A DNA stretch of 63,846 bases, filler included, from Hyphochytrium catenoides (lineage: Eukaryota > Protista > Hyphochytriomycota), in the NCBI GenBank assembly GCA_900088475.1. It is 6 parts of 6 records of this genome, joined end to end, with 100 filler letters (N's around TTAATTAATTAA, not from the genome) between each part and the next. Parts side by side here need not be neighbours in the genome. Positions count along the whole stretch, not along the records: positions 53,309 to 60,707 come from FLMG01002960.1; positions 60,808 to 62,193 come from FLMG01003202.1; positions 62,294 to 63,846 come from FLMG01002662.1; 3 more parts are not named here. One strand, written 5' to 3'. The notes below the pieces were generated by a model. That model was not told the DNA's origin. It did no database searches and saw only the letters and a list, made by a program, of their open reading frames with translations. Below are positions 54,990 through 63,846 of this stretch, in pieces. Made by a program: the position numbers and the translations under genes. The stretch's first letter is position 1, and each line of letters starts with the position of its first letter.

Positions 54990-56045
54990 CCTCCCTCTCC
55001 CTCTCTTTCTCTTTCTCTTTCTCTTTCTCTTTCTCTTTCTCTTTCTCTTCCTCTTTCTCTTTCTCTTTCACCCTTCTTGCTAATCTGGCGCTCTCCCTCT
55101 CTCTCTCTCCTTCTCTCTCTCTCTCTCTGTCTCTCTCTCTCTCCAGGTGTCAAATCTTCATCTCCAGACCAACTCTTTGACACAGCAGGGAAAGACGTTT
55201 TGAGTGGTACGCCTGCCCAACTGTCGGTGGTTCGGCTTGCGCCTTGCGTGTCTGCCCATACTAAAGAAGGGACAAAAGGGGCAGGGACGTGAGACAGAGA
55301 GAGAGATTGCATGAAGTGCTCTCTCTCTGTGTATGAGCCGCGGGAAACTAAGGAGAGCCTCAAGAGGAACAGAACCGCCAGTCTTTCTCTCTGTCCGCGT
55401 CAGGCTCGCTCTCTATCTTGTGCTCTCGGTCACTCGCCTGGCTTGGTAGCGAAGAGAGAGAGAGAGAAGAAAGAGAGAGAAAGCACAGCATCGGGTGCAC
55501 CTCCGGTTAATCAATAAATGTTACCTTTTCATTGTTATTTAGTAAAGGCTATGATACGGGCTATAGTACAGAGAGATCAGGAGAGAGATAGTGTCACCAG
55601 GGAAGCATTGGCTAGTGTACCGCTCGCTCTGTCCCCTGCCCTTTGAACTATCAGGGGCGGGGTCAGAGCAGGCAAATGTGTCTCTCTCTCCTCTCTTCTC
55701 CTCCCTTCTCAAAAGCAAGTGGGGACGGTTAGAAAAGGGAGAGAGTGTTATACAGTTTGTTTAGAGAAAAAGAGAGAGAAAGGAAAGCGGAAGAGAGAGG
55801 CAACTGACGGAGGGCAGCTACCAAGGATGTCAAGGAGAGGAAGGGGATAAAGTAGAAAAGAGAGAGTTGCACACTCCTCTCTTCTTCTCTAGCCCATGGA
55901 AAGAGGGGCACGAAGAGTCTTGGCTGTCTCTTCACTCTCGGGCTGCTCTGTCCCATCCTCCGTCAAGCAACGCCCTGTTGATGTCGGTCCGGGAGAAGGG
56001 AATATATATAGAGAGAGGAGAGATACCGTCGACCCTCTTCTTTGG

Positions 56046-56256
56046 CTACCCGCAAAAGGTATACAGCTGAGTGCCAGCCGCGACAGCGATGGTGTTGGCG
56101 GTAGGAGACCATGCCACGTTCATTACTTTCTTCTGATAGTCAGGCACATCGGGCACTGGGACAGCTGTCCTCCTTCCTTGCCCGAAGCCTGGAGGTAAGA
56201 AAAGAGAGAGGAGAGAAGAGGGGAAGAGTTTGATGAGAGAGAAGAGAGAAGAGTCG

Positions 56257-56294
<38 letters not shown>

Positions 56295-56349
56295 CTCTCT
56301 CTCTTTCTTTTTCTCTCTCTCTCTCTTATTTTCTCTCTCTCTTTCTTAT

Positions 56350-56391
<42 letters not shown>

Positions 56392-56762
56392 CTTCGGTTT
56401 GTTCTCTCTCCTTCATCGCTCTCTTTCTTACCTTTCAGTCCTCCACCGCTTGGTCTTGGCCTTGAGATCTCAATGCACGCGTCGCTTCGTCCATATCTGT
56501 CGTACACATGGAAGCTATTGCTATAGCTGCCCGTCACCATGTTGTTGCCATCCGCACTAAGTGCGACTTCAAACTTATCAAAGATGCTCTCCGTTTCATA
56601 AAGTTCGCACAATCGAGAGCGCAACTGTTCGTGGACGTTGATGGTCTTCACAGGCCTACTTTCCATGTTTACGTCCCAGACCTTGAGCGTGAGGTAGTCA
56701 CGAGACACGATGTATCTGAACAAGAATGAGAAGGGTTTAGAGGGAGACGGGGAGAGAAAAAA

Positions 56763-56809
<47 letters not shown>

Positions 56810-59339
56810 AAGAGAGCAGAGTTGGACGAAGCCGAGACTGTTGGAAGAAGAAGCTACCAACGCTAGGAAGCGAAGCAATGAGTTAGCGCAGTAGCTAAAG
56901 TGACGAGGGGTCCCTGAGGCAGGAGATTAAGAGAGGATCGATCTCACCTTCCATCCTGGGTGAACTTTGCATCCGCCACAGACGCAATAATCTCAGAAAA
57001 GAAGTTCCTGCTGGCAGGGTCTTCCTCTTCCTCAAAGCTCTTCGCTGCTTTGTGGCAGAGAGCTTTTTCTCTCATGTCACATAGCTTTATGTTGCCCTTC
57101 GAGCTGCTGTACATGAAGGTGGAACAGTTTGTTGGATGGAACTCGGCAGCCGTGATGACTTCCGTGAGATCTTCCATGTTGGAAGGCTTGATGTCAACCA
57201 CATCTAGTGAGGGAAAAGGAGAGAGAGAGAAGGCGAGAGAAAGAGAGAGCCGTCAGTTTCAGCTAGGGCAAAGACTAGCAAGGAGACAGGAGAGTAAATA
57301 GACGCGAAGTCGCGACGAGATGACTTACTGAAGCTGAGATTCTGATGCTCCATGTTCCAAAGATTGACACGGAGATCGTCTGCAGAGAGGAAGGTCTCTC
57401 CGTCACTGTTGACAGAAATAGAGTTGATGATGTAGGCGTGGGCACTGCCATAGCTGTGCAACGAAGGAGCACGAGAGATCCGAGTCAGATAAAGCAAGAG
57501 TGTGTACGCCGTGAAGACAAAGAAAGAGAGAGAATAGGGCTGCAGAGAGACAAGAGAGAGAGAGAGAGACAGGGGATAAGAGAGAGACTTTTGAAGGAGG
57601 ACAAGGATGTCGTACGTTCTCCGGATGGAAGCTGTAGGTGCGACAGGCCTGTGGTCCAAAACGGGGATCCGCAGGTCTGATGGAGAGAGACGAACGGGAT
57701 TGCGGGAGCCGCTGAGGTTGTTGGAGGAAACAACTGCAGGGCGTTTGTTATGGATCTTCCACAGCTTGATGGTCTTGTCTAGGGGGAGAGACAACAGCTT
57801 TGTGAGTGGAGATAGAGAGAAAGTAGATAGCTAGAGAAAGGAAAGGCATGGAGAAAGAGATTAAGAAAGGAAGACAGAGAAAGAGAATGAGAGAGAGACA
57901 GAGAGCAAAGAGAAAGATAGACAAAGAGGATAAGGCTGCACTCCATAGATTAGGAAGAAAGAGCACCATGGGTGCAGCAATTTGCCGCAGGACATCGGGC
58001 ACTGCAAATATTAAAAGAGAGAGAAGGCAGCAGGAGACCAACAAAGAGATAACAAGCCACACTCACCGTTCGTAGAAAGAAGGAAGCGCGCCTGACTGGG
58101 TCCGCAGAACTTGATCTGGTTGATCTTTCCTTCTATTTCTAAGCTTTTCAGATAATCAAAGTCTTCCTCGTGGCTCCTGAAGCGATGATAACGCTTGAAG
58201 TCACTGCCTTTAGACGGAGAGCGAGAAGAGACAGCCGTTCTCCCTCCTCCTTGAGCTCTCTCGTACAGCGTGATATAACCGCCTATAAGAGAAAAAAAAG
58301 GGCATGACCTTGAGATGGAGACGGCTTACGAGAGAAGCAACCCTTCCCTTGAGTTTGAAGGAGAGAGGTTAAGACGGAAACAAAGCAGAGTAAAATTGAG
58401 TATTAGGGGCAAAAGAGGAAGAGAGAGAGAGAGAGAGGTACGCTAGAAGGGCTGATCAGCTTTATTCTTTACCTCTGTCCCCTGTGGCGATGTAGTCTCC
58501 AGAGTGATCGAAGGCAACGGCCGAGAGTGCATCTGCCATGTAAGAGAGAGAGAGTTCAGAGAATAGAAGGTCACGCGATCTTCGAATTTTCTTTTTCCTT
58601 TTCTCTTTCTCTCTTCTTCTTATTGTCTCAATCTTACTCCTATCAGCTTGGCCTTTCTTGAATATTGTCCATTTCTCTCCTTCTCTCCCCGGCCTTCTCT
58701 CCTCTTCACATCTCATTGTCCTCCTTCTATTCTTACATTCTGCTGGATCCTCTGACGGGCTTCTCTCATCAAAGCACTGCTTGCACCGCCAGTCCAGCTG
58801 GCTTGGCATGTTGTTATTGCTCGCGTTATTGTTGTTGTTGCTCGACGCACCGTGGTCCCGCTTGGAGCCTGGGAAGAGCCCTAGCGGTATCAGGAGACGA
58901 GAAGCAGAAAGAAGAGACAGAGACACACCGAGAGGGAGACAGACAGACAGACCGAGAGAGAAGAGAGAGATGGAGAGAGAAGAGAAGCGATATGGATAGG
59001 GACAGAGAGAGTGAAAGAGAGAGAGAGAGGAGTTAAGTCAAGTCCGACCAGCTGCTGTTTTCCTAAAAAAGCACCTCTCAAGAGGAAAAAGAGAGATAGA
59101 GAGAGAGGGGAAGAGCAAGAGAGGAAGGGAGGAGCCAGTGAGCGAGGAGGAGGGCAGGAGAGAGAGAGAAAGAGGAAGAACGAGAGAAGATAAGAGAATG
59201 GAAGGAACAGCTAAGGAAGGAAAGAAAGGGCAGATAAAAGGCCGAGAAGAGTTCAAATAGTTGAGTCACCTGGCTGGGGTCCGATGGGCTGATGCTTCTG
59301 AGATCGCCCGTGAGAACTTTTTGGCAAAACGTTGAACAT
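56046..59339 (-). CDS. PPP2R2: Protein phosphatase 2A regulatory subunit B (B55/PR55/Cdc55), about 9 exons
   Basis: IATGDRG|G…[21 protein letters not shown]…LSTN|DKTIKLWK…[29 protein letters not shown]…[22 protein letters not shown]…[11 protein letters not shown]…IFDKFE…TGSY…[13 protein letters not shown]…FCG* (TAG 56046-56048). The start is ATG 59339 or the internal Met 58809. Confidence 0.95.
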
Positions 59340-60494
59340 CCCTAAAGGAGAGAGAAGCAACTGTGAGCTACGGCCTTCGCTAGCCTTTCTTTAGCGCCAG
59401 TGAGGGCTTTGAGGTTTATCTCCGAATGTGTTCTGTCCATCTCTCTCTCTTTCCCGTGTCCATGCACTCGTCCCGTTCCGTTATCTTGCCGCTGGCCGCT
59501 GCAAATGTCTTCCCCGACTGATGCGCTTACCCGGTGCTTTGAGGAGCGAGTCTCCTTTGAGATGATGCAGCAAGATCTTCACTCTCTCTCTACTGTCTCT
59601 CACTCGTCTGCAGCTCTCTTCTTTCTCCAGCTGCAGTTGCGGGATGAGGACAGTTCTAAAGAGAGAGAAGAAAGAAAAGATAGAGAGAAAAGAGCAGCCG
59701 CAAAATGAAAGCGCAATGATCTGCTCCTGGGCGCCGCTATCGGTAATTCATCAATAGTGTAGAAGTGAAGCTCTTTGAGGATGTAGGCAGCGCCGCCAGT
59801 TCTCTCTTTCTCTCTCTCTTTGCCACTCTCTCTTGGTGCCTCTCTTCCTCTTCTCTTTCTCTCTTCTCTTACTCTTTTCCTCCGCCTCGATAGGCTGTGA
59901 AATGGCTTCTCTCGTCCCTGAATAACGAAAGGATCAAGGAGGAACAGGGCACATCATAATGCGATGATCTCTCACTGTTGGTGCGTTAGCCTGATGAGTG
60001 CCTATTGTGGTCCTTCCTCTGTCTACCGGTGCCCCGCTACCCCTCTAATCTTTCCTTTTCCTTTCTCTCTCTTTCTCTCTCTCTTTCCGCTGTTTTTTCC
60101 CTATTTCCCTCTCTTCTTGTCTCTCTCTGTCTCTCCCGCGTTCCGCTTCTTTGATCTAATTTCGTTCGTTCTAGAGCCTCGGCAGTCACATCACTTTCTT
60201 GCCCCTCACCTTCACTCATCCTGTCATGGTTATAGGGGCTTTGCCTCTTCTTCTTCACTCTCTCTCTCTTCTCTCTTTCTCTAGCACTGCTTTCTCACTC
60301 CTTCGCCCACTCTCTTCTTCCCTTTTTGCTTCTCTCTCTCTCGCTCTCTCTCGCTCTCTCTCTCTCTCTCTGTCTATCCTGTCACTGGTTTCTAATCACA
60401 AGCTGCTTCACTCTCTTGCCCCTTCCCTTCTCACTCCTGTGTGAAGTTTCCTCTACTTTCCTTCTTATACCTCTCTCTCTCTAAATACCTCTTT

Positions 60495-60529
<35 letters not shown>

Positions 60530-60675
60530 TATCTCTCTCCTCGACTTCCTTTGGCATGTCAACCGGTAGCTCTAAATAGCACACTCGCTGGAGCTTAAAG
60601 ATCCTTTCCTTTTGTGAGGCAACGGCCCATCTGCATCAAGATCCTTCTCACGGTGCCAGTGCAGCCAAAGGAAGC

Positions 60676-60707
<32 letters not shown>

Positions 60708-60807
60708 NNNNNNNNNNNNNNNNNNNNNNNNNNNNNNNNNNNNNNNNNNNNTTAATTAATTAANNNNNNNNNNNNNNNNNNNNNNNNNNNNNNNNNNNNN
60801 NNNNNNN
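60708..60807. other. Artificial scaffold linker
   Basis: N-TTAATTAATTAA-N. Confidence 0.97.
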
Positions 60808-62193
60808 AATTGGCGCGATCCCACAATTATTGTCGCATGAGGTTATCACACCATTGTTGATTGTTGGCACAGAGAAGGATGTCCTGCGGACTTTTGGGAA
60901 AAAGAGTGGACGGTTCTTGGTAAACATTGAGGAATCCTAGAGAACGTCATAGTCTACGCTCTCAAGGAATCTGCGTATACTACGGGCCCCTCATTGCAGA
61001 AAAAGGCTGATGGATATCGTGATGCCAATGATAAGTATCTTCACTGAAATAGCGCGAGGCGATGGATGATGAAGAGATAGGTCAAAAGACAGAGTCAAAT
61101 GGAAAGCGCCGCACACTCTTCACCACGAGTTGTCCTTCAACCAAAATCCTCCCCCATCTTCGTACCAGGCGTTGAAGGAGTCTACTGCTCGACAGAGGGG
61201 CTTCTATACCCTACGTCGACGAAGCTTGCGTCTATCCAATCATCTTCAACTCTCATCGACTTAGATTACAACGAGTAACAAGGGCAAAGTGCGATGGTAT
61301 CAATGGTAGAGCTATTCACGAGGATCTCTTAAGGGAGGTTCAGCACCTAGAAAGTGAGGAAACAGGCCAAGCTTCTGCTCGACCGCTTGGCCTTACGGAC
61401 ACGCTTACATTAAGGGCGTTGGTCTTACGTTAGCACATACGGTGTGGAAGCGGTATTCAATCACCGAGGTCTGAACTTCGAGAGCGCCTCCGACTTTACC
61501 TGCAACAAAGGCAAGGAAAACCATACGGCAACTGCTAACTTCCCACTGAACGACCAGCCTTAGGATAAGGTGTTGCCGTCAACCACACGGAGGCTCAAAT
61601 ATCAAAAGCCCAATTAATCTGGACTGATAGAGCATTCAGTTGCCGCCTAGTAGTAGCTGTGTCGAGGGAAGGACTAAGTTCGTCCCAGTTCGCTGGCATT
61701 GACTGGACGGAAGCTGGGATGTCAGGAACAACCTCAACAACATCCGTCATCAGCTCACAACCCTGATGAGTAGTTGATCTGCCGAAGAAGAAGCTATTCT
61801 CCTTGACTGCGGTGACAGACCGAACAAGAGAATCTGTTATAAAGTTTGCAAATGGCACCGGTCCATAAATAACCGGCCCGCGCTCCAGCAACGGATGTCC
61901 AGGCAATTAATGCCTGATGATGAAGCTCCTGATGAGCATGTGAAGACCATGCGCCGATGAGAATCAAGCGGTCGCAGCTCTTGGCATGACCGAGAACATA
62001 GAGCGCGGAGTCCACAGCTCACGAAGCCCCAGCCCTGGCTTTTGTTAGCTCCTAGACGGAATCCACAGGACCCAAGGACCAAGACGGCCTAAGACATGTA
62101 GGAATAGTTGTGATTGGTCTAATAGCCCTAGGGAGCACGGGATTGGCTGTTATAATCCATACATTTATTCCTGTAAAAGTGAAGAGGTGTGGC

Positions 62194-62293
62194 NNNNNNN
62201 NNNNNNNNNNNNNNNNNNNNNNNNNNNNNNNNNNNNNTTAATTAATTAANNNNNNNNNNNNNNNNNNNNNNNNNNNNNNNNNNNNNNNNNNNN
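62194..62293. other. Artificial scaffold linker
   Basis: N-TTAATTAATTAA-N. Confidence 0.97.
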
Positions 62294-63846
62294 CCGATTT
62301 GTGCTTCCTTCGGCATCGCTGCAGGCCTGTGCCAAAAGTACTCATACCTCATGTAGGTTCAAGGCTATGTCAAGAAGTGTTTCATAGTGGAGGATACCAA
62401 GGACCGTCCAGAGGTTATATGTCCTTTTCCACCATTGAAGGGGCCGGTAAGAAGGGATAGTCTGTAATAACCCAGCTGCTGGGTCCATCGCTGTGGCGCC
62501 CTCTAAAACAACAGCCAACGTTCCTTTCCCTTGCGGCTTCCTTTTCTTCCTGCCTCGTATACCATGGAGACTCATCGTATCGTTCACCCCCCGTTCTTTT
62601 AGCTAAGTTCTCTTCTTTGTCCGTCCGCGGTCCAGATCGAGTTCGGTCCACACTTAACTTCCGCCGGCTTCTTCACACTCGCAACATCAAAGTTCATTTT
62701 ACAACGATGGACGAACTCATCTCTAGTGAGGAAATTGCGGGTGTGGAACAGGATGCAAGTTCTACAGGCTGGACAAGCGGAAAACCCCATATTCCTGTCC
62801 GCAATTTTACTGTAATTTTAGCCCGTATCAGTTATACGGAAGCAATACGTCAACTTATTCGTAATATACTCACCATATGGGGAATCCGACAATATGATTC
62901 ACCTTCTTCGACATTGCTCACGTCAAAAATGCTCAATTGGACCTCAGAAAAAAAGTGAAGCAAGGGAAGAGGGTGCTCAAGACAGTGGGAGACGCCTCTT
63001 GCTGATCAAGCTTTTCATAGAAGAAGAATCGCAGTTTACAGCATATTGACAAAACCTAAATTTTAAAATAGACAAGGACCAATGCAGAAATCGAAGAAGA
63101 GGCGCGTTCTATCATGTAGAACGAGGCGAAAAACCCCTAACCACCAACTTTCAGTTCTAAAGTCCAAGTATTGCCGTGAGCTTTTGATGTGGACACCCAA
63201 GCCCACCTATCCGTCAGTCCAGCTCGTACACCACTTGCAAACTCGGCACCCAAAAACATAGCTCGAGGTAAGGATGTCTAGGGTGTGATGATCCATTCAG
63301 CAGCTCATTCAGCCCCCAGAATACCAATGGATAGCACGACAATTGAAGCCGCCTTCCATAGGACTTTTGAGGGCATCACTTCAGCCAATCAGAGGAGATC
63401 CCAAGACGCTAACGCCTAGTGTTATCTACAATAATAGCCGTAAACGCATAGTGTTATCAAAAGGCTCTTTGTGATTGGCCAAGGGCCAGATGCGTTAATG
63501 CTCCACTCTGCCTCAGAGATTCCACGGGNNNNNNNNNNNNNNNNNNNNNNNNNNNNNNNNNNNNNNNNNNNNNNNNNNNNNNNNNNCAACAGCAACGAAG
63601 CCATATATTCTCTGTAGTAGTTCTATACAACGTTTTCTCTTCTCTCCTCTTTCTTCCTCTTTTTATTTTTTGGTCCTCTCCTAGAGTACCCGTAGCCATT
63701 ATTTGGATGCCTACAGGGGTACCCTCGACCCCTGAGGAATGTAGAATGAGTGAGCGGACGATGAACCAAACCTCAGCTGAGGTTATTCCCCCGTATTTCA
63801 TGAGAGTTCATTCTCGAAGTTGCCGCGTGAGATTGAACGATGGCAC

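Noticed and set aside
53650-55520. Possible spliced gene between the linker and B55
   Set aside because: Exon-like blocks exist, but I could not build a consistent frame or find any motif.

Overview
Eukaryotic draft-assembly DNA, most likely an oomycete, judged from an oomycete-type VSVxG...TGVxGC cysteine module, a beta/gamma-crystallin-like secreted protein and CxxxGC...HGGG finger repeats. It is unusually intron-rich and saturated with (GA)n/(TC)n microsatellites. The window is six scaffolds joined by 100-nt N-TTAATTAATTAA-N linkers, so synteny across the linkers is meaningless. Genes: a large multi-exon coiled-coil gene, a WRKY19-like zinc-finger gene, two secreted Cys-rich proteins, WDR5 head-to-head with a truncated PWP2, and a PP2A B55 regulatory subunit. 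The 17.7-32.8 kb scaffold is a transposon graveyard of Gypsy and Copia remnants and two LTR families. It contains a nested cluster with a Helentron/DINE-like element, a piggyBac-like MITE and a small TG...CA element carrying a tRNA-like unit. The 38.9-43 kb region holds a hAT-like element and a Mutator-like element with a 9-bp target-site duplication (TSD) and an internal 35-bp array. The leads most worth following are (i) introns with a purine-repeat 5' half and pyrimidine-repeat 3' half, together with AAG acceptors and weak donors, (ii) the tRNA-carrying small element, and (iii) the array-bearing Mutator-like element. All calls were made by eye without database searches.
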